A DNA stretch of 52,079 nt from IMG/VR virus record IMGVR_UViG_3300042468_001294, positions 1 to 52,079 of that record. The stretch is one strand, 5' to 3'. The position numbers and the translations under genes are program-made. The stretch's first letter is position 1. Each line of letters starts with the position of its first letter. Below, piece after piece: positions 23,916 through 33,899 of the stretch. The notes below the pieces were generated by a model. It was not told where the DNA came from and made no database searches. It saw only the letters and a program-made list of their open reading frames with translations. The stretch comes from a virus. Taxonomy: Duplodnaviria > Caudoviricetes.

Positions 23916-25669
23916 TGGGTCGGATTACCGTAGATCTTGTCTTTCAACGTGTCGATGCTTGATCGCACGAACTCCGAAATGTTCTTTTTGTCAACAAGGG
24001 CATTGAGAATGTGCTCGTCCACAGTTCCCTCAGCCAGGATGTCGATGATCACGGTCCCGTTGGGTTTATCTGGTCCGAACGCCCGCTCTTCGGATTGTTC
24101 ACGATCGATGTAGTTAAAGGTGTTGGAGTAATAAATCTCGACCGCCGCCGCTGACATCGTGAGGCCCATACCGCCTGTGGCTGCATTGGCCACCAAGAAT
24201 CTGGCTTTTTTGCCCTGGAAAAGAACGTTGACGTTCAGATCCCGGGTGGCTTCGTCGACATCGCCGTGAAGTTCCACCACTTGGTCTTCACCGTAGGCCA
24301 ACACAAGTGCTTTTTTCACAAGTTGGATCTCTTCTTTATAGGCGCACCAGATGATGGTGGACCCGGGGTTCTCCTCGACACAAAAAAGCAATTCCTCCAA
24401 CTTCGGGTTGGGTCCCTCGATGTATTCGCGGTAGTATTTCTGGCCTTTCTCCTGCATTTCCTCCTCGGCCACCGAGTACGACACAATGCCGCCCGTGATC
24501 TCCTGCAGCCGCAACATTTTATCAAGCGTGTTCTGGATGATCAAGAATTTGTTATCAGTCTGGATCATCTGGGACTTCTTGACTTGATCATAGAGGCGAC
24601 GCTGCTCCTTGGATAACTTTATCTCCCGGCGCACGTAAATCTTTTTTGGTGCGTCCGGGAACACCTCGTCTTTGCGCACCTGGAACACGAACGGTTCGAT
24701 GATCTCGGTCAATTCATCGAGGTGGTTGTAACCGATGATTTGCTTGTCCTCGTACCCACCCATCACGGCGTAACGATTTCGGAACGAGTAAAAATCCCCA
24801 AGACCGATAATGTTCGGGTCCAGGAATTCGAACTGCATGAAAACGTCCATCGGACCGTTTGCGATCGGGGTGCCCGTCATCGCAATCCGAGTTTCACACA
24901 AACGACCAAGCTTAACGCAGTTCTGCGCCCGGATAGCCGTGTGATTCTTGATCTTCGACGATTCGTCCACCGCCATAATTGCCTTGGTGGACGACATCAA
25001 AAACCGTTCAGCGAATCGGAACGCGGACCCGGCTGCCAACGATTCGACTCCGATGATCAGGCACTTGAAATCGTGTTTGGTAAAATACCAGTTATCGAAT
25101 TTCTTGGGGTGGCTGGTGTCCAAGAGGTGAACATCGACCTCGAAAGGCGCGTGGATTTTGAACTCCCGGAGCCAGTTGTTACGGATCGACAACGGGCAGA
25201 TCACAAGCATTCGATCAGCGTAGCCCTGCATTCGCATAGCGCAGGCCAAGTCGATCACCACCTTGGTTTTACCAGTCCGCATATCCATGTACAGGGCAAT
25301 GGCTTTGTTACCATATACCTTGTTCAGTGCCTCCATTTGCTTTTTGCGAGGCTCGGTCTTGAACTCGTACCAAGTCGGGAACTTCGGTGAATTATCGAGT
25401 GCTGCATCCCGGGCTTGGCGATACTTCTTCAAGCAATGGTCAATTATCGCAAGCGCTTCCTCCGTGTAATCTGTGGTCGCCCGTGTGAAATACATGTTGA
25501 TGTACTCAACGTTTGCCCGGATCGCGGGGGCGGTCCAATACTTGTTCTTTGCCTCCCACCTGCGATTCGGGATGTCGCGGGTTAACTCGTTGAGGTGGAA
25601 AGGGCACATGATCAAAAACCGGCCCTTGGTTTTGTCGTAGTGAATACGTACTTTGGGGTAGCTGGCCAT
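23912..25669 (-). CDS. SNF2-family (SF2) helicase
   Basis: DMRTGKT, ICP, VDES, MTGTP, GGMGLTM, QSEER. Confidence 0.9.
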   Translation of the reverse strand: MASYPKVRIHYDKTKGRFLIMCPFHLNELTRDIPNRRWEAKNKYWTAPAIRANVEYINMYFTRATTDYTEEALAIIDHCLKKYRQARDAALDNSPKFPTWYEFKTEPRKKQMEALNKVYGNKAIALYMDMRTGKTKVVIDLACAMRMQGYADRMLVICPLSIRNNWLREFKIHAPFEVDVHLLDTSHPKKFDNWYFTKHDFKCLIIGVESLAAGSAFRFAERFLMSSTKAIMAVDESSKIKNHTAIRAQNCVKLGRLCETRIAMTGTPIANGPMDVFMQFEFLDPNIIGLGDFYSFRNRYAVMGGYEDKQIIGYNHLDELTEIIEPFVFQVRKDEVFPDAPKKIYVRREIKLSKEQRRLYDQVKKSQMIQTDNKFLIIQNTLDKMLRLQEITGGIVSYSVAEEEMQEKGQKYYREYIEGPNPKLEELLFCVEENPGSTIIWCAYKEEIQLVKKALVLAYGEDQVVELHGDVDEATRDLNVNVLFQGKKARFLVANAATGGMGLTMSAAAVEIYYSNTFNYIDREQSEERAFGPDKPNGTVIIDILAEGTVDEHILNALVDKKNISEFVRSSIDTLKDKIYGNPTH

Positions 25670-25674
25670 GGCTC

Positions 25675-27243
25675 TCAATACTCCGGACTGAAATCAGGGG
25701 TTTCGAATTTGATATGCGCGAGCTTTTCAAATTCGACGTACCACACCGAGATCAATTGCTGTTTGACTCGCACACGGTCGAAATTAACACCCATGTCTTT
25801 ATGTGCCCGGTGCCACAAATTCTTGTTCCGGGGGATCTCCGTGCGAGTCCTGCGCAGGTAATCCTCGTAATCGATCGCCCGGAACATGATCACCTTCTTG
25901 CCGCTGGCCATTAGCTGAACGACCGGCATCCCGCGCATCAATGCCTCTCGGTCCTTGGTGTCGGAACCATCGGACGTCAGATCAGCCTTGCGCAAGAATT
26001 CGTCTAGTCGCAGCGCCAAACTGCCGGTTGGGCTGGATTCGATAGGTGCTTCCTCGATCTCCAGTTTGTTCATCAAGTCGGCCAAGATGTCGTCAGTCCA
26101 CTGTGCCGATTTGATTTGCGACGGCAGCACCACGTGCAGACGCTCCATCGCCTTGAGTCGCACCGACTTGTAGTCGATCAACTCATCCGTGGTCATCGTG
26201 ATCGGGACACCATTCATCTTGAGTTCCCACATGACGGGCTCGGTGTTCATGTACTTGATCAGATCACTAAACACCGGGAGCTTATTGTCCGCTGAAAGCA
26301 GATCGTACTCGGTTTCGGAGATGCCGAATTTAACCTTTCGGCAGGCCTCACGATCGCACCAATCCTTCCAGGGCTCCTTTTTGCACAGATACCCGTAGGT
26401 CTTTCTCGCCGCGCTCTTGATTGTCTTGTCAGCCTCGGAAAATGGCAGCGGTTCTGCGAAAAACTGCCCTTGCATCGAGTGCGACATTTCCCGGGCACCC
26501 TCGGGATTGCGCTTGCGATTATAAATGGTGATGTGGAACAGCGCTTCGTTGCGCGATCCCTCCCCGATCCCCTCTTTCAGCGCCTTTCGAATACAGGGCG
26601 GGGCCTCTGAATGCTCCGATCCAAAATAGTCCTCCAACTGCTCCTGAGTAATTGCGCGAGTCTCGGCGTTGGTCAGGAACAGGTCCAGCGGCGACGGTTT
26701 ACCCGCTTCAATCGCGTACCGATTAGTGTCGTAGGCGTTGAAATACGGCAGGTTAATCCAGTTACCTAGTGCTTTGTTGCCGTAGCTGTCGAGCACCAAC
26801 TTGGTCTGCTTCGGGAACACACAATCGGACCCTTCCAGGCTCAGGTCCGACATCCACCGCGTCAAGATAGTCTTGAGCATATCGGCCCGCAGAGGCTCGG
26901 ATCCAAATATGTACAGGTGAGCACCGCCCGATTTGGACCGGCAGATGATCAGCGGGAGTTCAAGCGACTTGACTTTCGCTTCGATAGCGACCAGATCCAG
27001 GTCCAGGCTTTTGCCGTGGTTGTCGATATCGATCGCGCCCCAATAGCACATCCCATCGTCACGAATAGGAACAATGCCTAGGCCCCTTTTGCCGTCCAAG
27101 TGGTCAACGATCTGCTGCTCCGTGTACGCCTCCTTGATCGTCTGCATCGTCCTGCCTTTTGGACGATACGGGTCAAACTCACCGTAAGAACGGCTATTGC
27201 CCTTGAACAAAGCCATGAATCGCTTGATCTGCATCAATTCCAT
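25675..27243 (-). CDS. Archaeo-eukaryotic primase (PrimPol) with PriCT-like domain
   Basis: IDID, RSKSGGAHLY, FPKQ, GNWINLPY, PPC...GEGSRNEALF. Confidence 0.85.
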   Translation of the reverse strand: MELMQIKRFMALFKGNSRSYGEFDPYRPKGRTMQTIKEAYTEQQIVDHLDGKRGLGIVPIRDDGMCYWGAIDIDNHGKSLDLDLVAIEAKVKSLELPLIICRSKSGGAHLYIFGSEPLRADMLKTILTRWMSDLSLEGSDCVFPKQTKLVLDSYGNKALGNWINLPYFNAYDTNRYAIEAGKPSPLDLFLTNAETRAITQEQLEDYFGSEHSEAPPCIRKALKEGIGEGSRNEALFHITIYNRKRNPEGAREMSHSMQGQFFAEPLPFSEADKTIKSAARKTYGYLCKKEPWKDWCDREACRKVKFGISETEYDLLSADNKLPVFSDLIKYMNTEPVMWELKMNGVPITMTTDELIDYKSVRLKAMERLHVVLPSQIKSAQWTDDILADLMNKLEIEEAPIESSPTGSLALRLDEFLRKADLTSDGSDTKDREALMRGMPVVQLMASGKKVIMFRAIDYEDYLRRTRTEIPRNKNLWHRAHKDMGVNFDRVRVKQQLISVWYVEFEKLAHIKFETPDFSPEY

Positions 27244-27291
27244 TTAACCATCACTCCTTTAGGTGGTCCTATATCCTCTAGACAGGTCTGG

Positions 27292-27321
27292 ATCGTACCA
27301 CACCACGCCACCCTGTGTCAA
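27292..27321 (-). promoter_or_regulatory. sigma70 promoter TTGACA-18-TACGAT, extended -10
   Basis: Upstream of the primase. Confidence 0.75.
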
Positions 27322-27592
27322 TGTACAGTCACATTTGATTACGAAACACCACTCGACACCCACTCGGATGCAAGAAACTTACCGGAGAGACGTACGGTGA
27401 CCCATTATGTAATGTACACGGAGAGAGGACACCAGAGACACCTCCCTCCCGACGCGACACATTTTTTATGGCATCACCGACTGTATCCGAGTGGTCCTGT
27501 ACAGTCTCCGCCGAAAAGTCTGTCACGCTACAGACCTCTCGCGTGTACGTGAGGAGAACATACAGCGCATCATAGTCGGTAGAGCCACTACA

Positions 27593-27877
27593 CTATTTCG
27601 GGATACTCGTGGTGCTCAGCCGGTGCACCGCATCGATGTCGATACCCCGCGCAGGTACTGCCGTGGTACCGCCGCTGTTTTCTGACGCCGGGGTGGCTAT
27701 ATCAGTAGCTCCCCGGTTTCTGGAAACGCTCCGTGGCTTCCTGGGAGATACTACGATCTCTTCGCTGGTGGAAAATCTGTGTCCATTTGCGCACTGATAC
27801 CTCCTTCGGCGTGTGTTGTCGGGTTGAGGTCTGGTTATCAGCACCCAAGTCCAAGATCCGCATTGTGGGCATTTCAT
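27593..27877 (-). CDS. Zn-ribbon regulator, NrdR N-terminal/Ogr-like
   Basis: MKCPQCG...TR...RRRRYQC..GHRFSTSE. Confidence 0.7.
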   Translation of the reverse strand: MKCPQCGSWTWVLITRPQPDNTRRRRYQCANGHRFSTSEEIVVSPRKPRSVSRNRGATDIATPASENSGGTTAVPARGIDIDAVHRLSTTSIPK

Positions 27878-27891
27878 ACTTTAGCAGACGG

Positions 27892-30333
27892 TCATCCGAA
27901 ATTAAGACTTAATGATGTTATTTTCATTGGGACACCATCGATTTCACCGAGAACTTGCACTATTTGTTCCTTACTTATGTTATCATTATTTATGATAACA
28001 TATTTAGCCTTAGTATTGTCAAAATATGGATGGCCGGGAACTAGCTGATACAAACCAGTTGCGTATGGTCCCGGTATTATTGTCGGTACCATCAATACAC
28101 AATGATATTTATCGAGCAGATTAACTGTTTGGTTATTACCTAAAGAACCTAATGGTATACATTCACTTGCCATAAGCAAATATTGAGCATCGATATTCGT
28201 ATATGTACTGCCATCCGTTTTAAAGAAGCTGCCCGCATAAAGATCAACTACCGGGTTACCATTGATACAGAAAGTAGCTGACGATGTTGTAACTTGGCCG
28301 TCGTATGTGAATGAGCTTTGAGGAGTCACTGTTGTGTAAGCAAATATTTTTTGACTCGGTTCCCAATAATGGGCGAAAACTAACCCTGGATTATCTACAC
28401 TGACATGTTTTCTGTTTCCTGGTGGACCACCACGGCTAGCCGTATATGTTCTTGAAAAACTTAAGCTACCCCATGAATACGAAACCGAACCACCGTAACT
28501 TAGGCCGACCCAATAGGGGGTACTCGGAGTCGAAAAATTAAGAACTAATTGAGTATCATCCGACAGCCATTCCGGGAACGGGGGGTCTGTTGGAGGATTA
28601 ATGGTGCCCATAGACACGGCAGTGTCCGACCCAGCCGTGGAGTAATTTCCTGTTGTAGCCGATATCATTAAAAAGACCAATTGATCACCATCATAGTCGA
28701 CCGCTTGAATTTCATCACCCGACATTGACCAACTGCAACTGAAGTTAAAAGAGTAATCTATTCTCGGTCCAAACATCGGACTACTTTTGTCTTCTACTTT
28801 AGTAATAGACTTGGAAATTTTAGTTGTGGGTACGAATCCTTTTTCGTAATCTGTTCTGGACGATATGTTAATCCCACTGATTGAAAGAACAGTGTATCTA
28901 CTTCGAATCGATGAATAACTAAGACTTGCTGGGTACGTATACCCAATCGAAAATGTACCTTCAACACTAATATCACCGTATATACTCAAACTGTTGCCTC
29001 GCCAGGTCATTGATACTGCTTCTGTGCAAGACGCATTGAAGTTCACACATCGTGAATCTCCGAAATTTATTGAATAAATTATTTCCCAACCCAGGGGTTT
29101 ACCTGTAGAGTCCAATGCAGACCTACGTATATCAAGACTGGTAGCGACAAAAGCATACCACACACCACCCACGAATTTCAATGATGCACCACGGACAGAA
29201 CTGCCGATTTCACTAGTCCAACGCACGTTGTTATTTCTAAATGTAACTATTGAACTAGCGGCATAACCTGAACTGCTTTCAATATTCAACGGTTTTTTGT
29301 AAAGCAAATACATCCGGTTACCTTCGGTGCCGAATGCTTTTAAAGTATTGTAGTTGGTGCTCGACGGGATGGGTTTTTGCTCGGTGTCTATTATTGGTTT
29401 CCCAAGTTTAGCACCATCAGCATCTAAATTTCTTTTAATACGTAATCTGTTTGAATATATAATATTTACGAACGAGCATGGTTTCGGGTTATTCATAAAC
29501 CCAATAATTTGCGGATTCGACCAGTTTTGATTAACAAATTGGACGACACACTCATCACCGACATTGAAAACGGAAGAACCACAATCATAGACTATCGGAA
29601 CATCGATTAGTTCACTGTCTTGATTAATCCCGAGATTTTGCGCGGTGGATACGTCACTCAAGAGGGTGACATTGGCTTTGCCAGTTGTTTGATTGACCGC
29701 TGTGATAACACCTCGACGGTAAGTTGGCTTGAACTTCTGCCACCCAGGCAGGATAGCCGCGTTAAAAAACGCCTGCGGCCCCGTCATTGCTTTCCGTGCT
29801 AACACCTGGCCATCAGCCGCATTCGGGACCGGAGCACCAGGCGCAATCAATACATTTTGTGGTTCGCCCGGAATTTCGATGGTAGCTACATCCCCCGTGG
29901 CGTCGTCCGTGTAATCGGCACACCAAGCGTCGAAGGTGGACACAAGATTAACAGACTGAAGCGCTGTTATTTCTTTTGCGATAGAAGCTTTGCTGGCTCT
30001 CAGCCGTTCCAATTCTCGACTAGATTCGTCGTATTGAGCCTGTAGGGTCAACAGTTCTTTTTGCGCTGTTTCCCAGCCGGTGGTCGATGCCTTTGGGTCC
30101 CCGGCGACTGCAGCCACATACTGTTCAGTGGCCAGTTCAAAATTTAATCGCGCTTGGATGAGTTGGGAGTCGAGTTGTGACCGCTTGTTCAACACGGTGA
30201 TGATTTGCTGGTCTACTGTTGCTAACTTTGATTGGAGCCCAAGAATCTTAGCGTCGACGACCGCTTTCCCCGTATCGCGTTCAACAGTATAGAGTCCTTC
30301 GCCCAGATTCGCTACGATCTTTGCTTTGCCCAT
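27892..30333 (-). CDS. Tail tip/receptor-binding protein (coiled coil, OB-like part, AT-rich C-terminal region)
   Basis: Last gene of the tail module; AWCADY and PGWQKFKPTYR motifs. Confidence 0.65.
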   Translation of the reverse strand: MGKAKIVANLGEGLYTVERDTGKAVVDAKILGLQSKLATVDQQIITVLNKRSQLDSQLIQARLNFELATEQYVAAVAGDPKASTTGWETAQKELLTLQAQYDESSRELERLRASKASIAKEITALQSVNLVSTFDAWCADYTDDATGDVATIEIPGEPQNVLIAPGAPVPNAADGQVLARKAMTGPQAFFNAAILPGWQKFKPTYRRGVITAVNQTTGKANVTLLSDVSTAQNLGINQDSELIDVPIVYDCGSSVFNVGDECVVQFVNQNWSNPQIIGFMNNPKPCSFVNIIYSNRLRIKRNLDADGAKLGKPIIDTEQKPIPSSTNYNTLKAFGTEGNRMYLLYKKPLNIESSSGYAASSIVTFRNNNVRWTSEIGSSVRGASLKFVGGVWYAFVATSLDIRRSALDSTGKPLGWEIIYSINFGDSRCVNFNASCTEAVSMTWRGNSLSIYGDISVEGTFSIGYTYPASLSYSSIRSRYTVLSISGINISSRTDYEKGFVPTTKISKSITKVEDKSSPMFGPRIDYSFNFSCSWSMSGDEIQAVDYDGDQLVFLMISATTGNYSTAGSDTAVSMGTINPPTDPPFPEWLSDDTQLVLNFSTPSTPYWVGLSYGGSVSYSWGSLSFSRTYTASRGGPPGNRKHVSVDNPGLVFAHYWEPSQKIFAYTTVTPQSSFTYDGQVTTSSATFCINGNPVVDLYAGSFFKTDGSTYTNIDAQYLLMASECIPLGSLGNNQTVNLLDKYHCVLMVPTIIPGPYATGLYQLVPGHPYFDNTKAKYVIINNDNISKEQIVQVLGEIDGVPMKITSLSLNFG

Positions 30334-30339
30334 GGTCGA

Positions 30340-31641
30340 TCAACGCTCCCCGACATCCATGTATATGTCGTTCGAATTAACGTAGTAGTTAATGTAACCC
30401 ACCACGAAATTCAAATCTTTCGCATACGCTCTTTGGGATGGCCGTAGTAACCAATCAATCGAACACCGCACACGGGCCATGCCTTGGTTGATACTAATCG
30501 ATCGAATGTCGGTCAACGTACGATCGTAAAGCGCCAATGGATCCTCGGACGCTTCAAACCCGTCCGTGTAACCACTTAACGTACAGGTATAACGTTCCGG
30601 TCCTTGATCAAACACCACAGTATCTGCGGTGGATTGCGCCATTAACTGCTCAATCACACCCACCCCAGGTATTTCCATGCGACGAGAAATCACAAATTCC
30701 GTGGCATCGTTAATGATGGTTGTGTAGTCAAATGCAGCTGGAATCACACACTGCACATAGTTAGCAGACCCTGATTGCAAAGTAGCCTGCCATGACGAAA
30801 TCGGAATCCGGACTTTCGATCCGGCTGCATTGAACAGATCAACAACATAATAGCTCGGATAATCACCGGCTATTTTTGAAGTGAAATCATGGAACCCGAC
30901 GATTTTAGCACCACCCAATGGACTTTCTGCTTTAGCATACATAACGGCTTGTCCTTGCGCTACAAAAAGCCCAGAGTTGAGTGGTGTCGGAACAGCAACC
31001 AGCGCCCAAACATCAGTTCGAACTAAAGGCAACGGATTAGCGAGAGGTGTCCCGACGCTAACTTGACAATTGGCACTGACCCCCGATAAGAACGCACCAC
31101 TATCTAAAGGTGTACGGACATCGACCATCATTTGAATGGTCGACAGAACCAAGGGCAGCGGGTTAGCCAGTGGTGTCGGAACAGCAACCAACACCCGGAC
31201 ATCACTCCGCACCAAGAAAGACCCACTGTTCAGAGGAGTGGGGGCAGCCACAAAACCCCGGGTAGGTGTATCTAATCTGAATAATCCCGAATCGAGCGGA
31301 GTCGAAACGCTTATGAAAACCGAAGTCGGTATCCCTACCAATGAAGACGGATTACCAAGAGGTGTCAGGGCATCTACGAAAATCGGAGTCGGTATCGATA
31401 TCAACGAAGACAAGTCACCGAGAGGTGTTGAAGCTTCGAAATAAGCCATCGAAGCAACAGCAGCTAGCATCGACCCTTCAAGTAACGGGCTATCTACCTC
31501 TAAAAAACTCAGAGTAGAACCATTCGCGACAAATGACCCGATTTCAAGTGGAGTCGGAGCACTAACGATACCACTTATGTTGGTATTCCCGGCCCCGAAT
31601 TGGAACTGGATAGCATTTGCTGGGGGCCTGGCGTAACTCAT
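30340..31641 (-). CDS. Tail protein with repeated VxTPL units
   Basis: Tail module position; repetitive beta-rich N-terminal half. Confidence 0.65.
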   Translation of the reverse strand: MSYARPPANAIQFQFGAGNTNISGIVSAPTPLEIGSFVANGSTLSFLEVDSPLLEGSMLAAVASMAYFEASTPLGDLSSLISIPTPIFVDALTPLGNPSSLVGIPTSVFISVSTPLDSGLFRLDTPTRGFVAAPTPLNSGSFLVRSDVRVLVAVPTPLANPLPLVLSTIQMMVDVRTPLDSGAFLSGVSANCQVSVGTPLANPLPLVRTDVWALVAVPTPLNSGLFVAQGQAVMYAKAESPLGGAKIVGFHDFTSKIAGDYPSYYVVDLFNAAGSKVRIPISSWQATLQSGSANYVQCVIPAAFDYTTIINDATEFVISRRMEIPGVGVIEQLMAQSTADTVVFDQGPERYTCTLSGYTDGFEASEDPLALYDRTLTDIRSISINQGMARVRCSIDWLLRPSQRAYAKDLNFVVGYINYYVNSNDIYMDVGER

Positions 31642-32180
31642 ACCGGCAGGACACGCTGAACCAAATCGTTCTCAAGATCATCAGCTTCGTCGTCCAGACA
31701 CATAACTTGCACCTCGGACGTAGCTGGCACGGCGATGCTGAAAAGACCAGTAACCGGGTCGCTGGTGGTTTCCCCTAATTTGTAGCCATCACTGCGTTGA
31801 AGCACACGAATTTTTCGTGCAACAGGGACACCGGCAGGGTCCTTAACGATACCCGAGAACGTCTTCCAATCTTGCCCCAAAATGTAGTCAGTATCACGAT
31901 ATATAACCCCCCGAGCCAATATCGGGTTAAGGGAAATATTTAAAGCTTCAGGTACATTTAGTATCTGAGCAATATTCACTGCCGGTAAACCCCGAGCCAA
32001 TATCGGGTTCAGAGTGATATCTAAAGCCTCAAATACATCCAATATCTGAGCAATATTTGCTGCTGGTAAACCCCGAGCCAATATCGGGTTCAGAGTGATA
32101 TCTAAAGCCTCAGTTACACCGACCAATATCGCGCTAACAGTTTTTGGTACTGAAGCAGCTATGACTCCCCTGTAAGGCAT
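31638..32180 (-). CDS. Tail-associated protein with 27-aa tandem repeats and C-terminal prealbumin-like domain
   Basis: EALDITLNPILARGLPAxNIAQIL x~2.5; SGIVKD..GVPVARKI...TTSDPVTGLF. Confidence 0.65.
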   Translation of the reverse strand: MPYRGVIAASVPKTVSAILVGVTEALDITLNPILARGLPAANIAQILDVFEALDITLNPILARGLPAVNIAQILNVPEALNISLNPILARGVIYRDTDYILGQDWKTFSGIVKDPAGVPVARKIRVLQRSDGYKLGETTSDPVTGLFSIAVPATSEVQVMCLDDEADDLENDLVQRVLPV

Positions 32181-32186
32181 GGTGGA

Positions 32187-33116
32187 TCACCAAGTATTGC
32201 TGATTTCGAATACCGGCATACTGTTGTTAGAAAACTTCAGTAGCAGAAATGATTTACCAGCTAGGTCCCCGGTGCCGTCAACTGTGTCGCCACTTTGGAG
32301 CGTTGTTTGACTGTGCAGTGGGTTCCAAATACCTGGAAGCAATCCGCGAACAACCTGGGCTAGGGGTTGTGTCACCAGAATAGGTGCCAAGTCGAATGCT
32401 CCAGTCACTGGATTCGGGAAGGGTAAAGTAAACCCCGGTGAACCTATGCCGCCGTTAGTTCTATCTCCTGAAGATATCACACCCGCGAATATTGATGTAC
32501 CAGTTTGGGTATGCGACCTTGTTATGAAATGGCCATTCGAAGTCCCGGTTGGGTTACCGGCTGATTCCGCGAGACGGCCCACGACTTGTGGTGAACCGGC
32601 ATCGTTCCCTCCGACAATCAAAGTGTTGAAGGTATCCCCGGATTTATAGGAAGTGAAATCACCAAAAAACGAACCGGAGCAATTGTTAGGGCCATATAAC
32701 GCCTCGTCCGAATGCCAAACCATCAAATAAAACAATCGCTCAGTGGCTACCAAAATCCATGGTCTTGGTGTATTGTCAGCACTAGAAGATTTAGCGACAT
32801 AAAGACCACCATTGAATTGAGCCGATGTCGGAAACAGACCTGTCCCGGCACTGACGCTCGTCATGTTTTCGTAACCGATGATTCTTGCCCATTGGCCGAG
32901 GTTGTCGATGACCCGCAAAAAACGACGGTTTCCCTGGCCAGTTCCCGCTCGGTAGGCAGCCAGATTAGTGCCGGTAAACGCTTTGGTCCAACCCAAGCTC
33001 GCTTTTCCAGTATAACCGTTGACCAAACAACCGTCGATAACACTTATCAACGAACCGTTCAATCCGGTCAGTACCGGAGCGCTTGCATCAGTTGAATAGT
33101 AAACACGAACGGTCAT
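32187..33116 (-). CDS. Virion/tail fibre-associated protein
   Basis: STDASAPVLTG..GSLISVIDGCLVNGY..LGWT motif recurrent in tail modules. Confidence 0.65.
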   Translation of the reverse strand: MTVRVYYSTDASAPVLTGLNGSLISVIDGCLVNGYTGKASLGWTKAFTGTNLAAYRAGTGQGNRRFLRVIDNLGQWARIIGYENMTSVSAGTGLFPTSAQFNGGLYVAKSSSADNTPRPWILVATERLFYLMVWHSDEALYGPNNCSGSFFGDFTSYKSGDTFNTLIVGGNDAGSPQVVGRLAESAGNPTGTSNGHFITRSHTQTGTSIFAGVISSGDRTNGGIGSPGFTLPFPNPVTGAFDLAPILVTQPLAQVVRGLLPGIWNPLHSQTTLQSGDTVDGTGDLAGKSFLLLKFSNNSMPVFEISNTW

Positions 33117-33145
33117 TTTTCACACCCTCGAAATGAGAAAAGGCA

Positions 33146-33544
33146 TCAACCCACGGTGGCGGACACAAGAACGACCGGAGTGTTGATCACGAGCGACAGC
33201 GTGTTCATCACGAGGAAGCCGGATACTGCGGTGGTGCCTGTTTGCGTTGGCAACGCAAGGTGCACCAGACCAGCGGAATCGGTGAATTCACCATATGCTG
33301 CCGTACCGGTCGCATTGGCCAACAGGTCCTGGACGCCACCAGTCAAGTCGAAGGTAAGCTGTCCCGTGGTACCGTTGACAGTCCCGGAAGGGTCTTTCAA
33401 AGTCAACTCGGCCAGCAGGACGTCACTGGACGACCGGATTCTGAGAAAGCCAGGGCCTGAACCTGCGTCCAGCAGATCCCGGAAAGCGGTATGGGCTGCA
33501 GTACGAGTTGCGACAGAATAGGTGGCCGATGAAGGAGCGGGCAT
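33146..33544 (-). CDS. Virion structural protein
   Basis: A.ATGTAAY motif; tail module. Confidence 0.65.
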   Translation of the reverse strand: MPAPSSATYSVATRTAAHTAFRDLLDAGSGPGFLRIRSSSDVLLAELTLKDPSGTVNGTTGQLTFDLTGGVQDLLANATGTAAYGEFTDSAGLVHLALPTQTGTTAVSGFLVMNTLSLVINTPVVLVSATVG

Positions 33545-33545
33545 A

Positions 33546-33899
33546 TCAATCCTCTTTAGATTTCACAAGCAAAGTCAAAGTACCTTGCTCTTGGGTTGAA
33601 GAAAAACTTTCCGGGGCACAAATGAACACACCATCAGGAATGGACACTCGCAAAAACGAGTTCAAACGAACCAAACGCTGAATTGATGCGCTTTGTTGCA
33701 TGGATTCGATTATCCAAACGAGTCTAATCGTTCTGTCCGAATAAGTGAATCCAAAATCATTAAACACCGCGCCACCATCAAGGGTAGCAACACGATTTGT
33801 TCTGCGTCTATTTTCCCCGAAATCACTACTGTCGCTAAGAACATTCAGTTCTATGCTACCAAGTGGATCGAATGCAAGAGCAGCTACGTGGACTCTCAT
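33546..33899 (-). CDS. Distal tail protein-like
   Basis: Follows the tape measure gene; RRTNRVATLDGG. Confidence 0.6.
   Translation of the reverse strand: MRVHVAALAFDPLGSIELNVLSDSSDFGENRRRTNRVATLDGGAVFNDFGFTYSDRTIRLVWIIESMQQSASIQRLVRLNSFLRVSIPDGVFICAPESFSSTQEQGTLTLLVKSKED

Noticed and set aside
27892-33116. Diversity-generating retroelement or invertible tail cassette
   Set aside because: No reverse transcriptase, invertase or TR/VR pair was seen.
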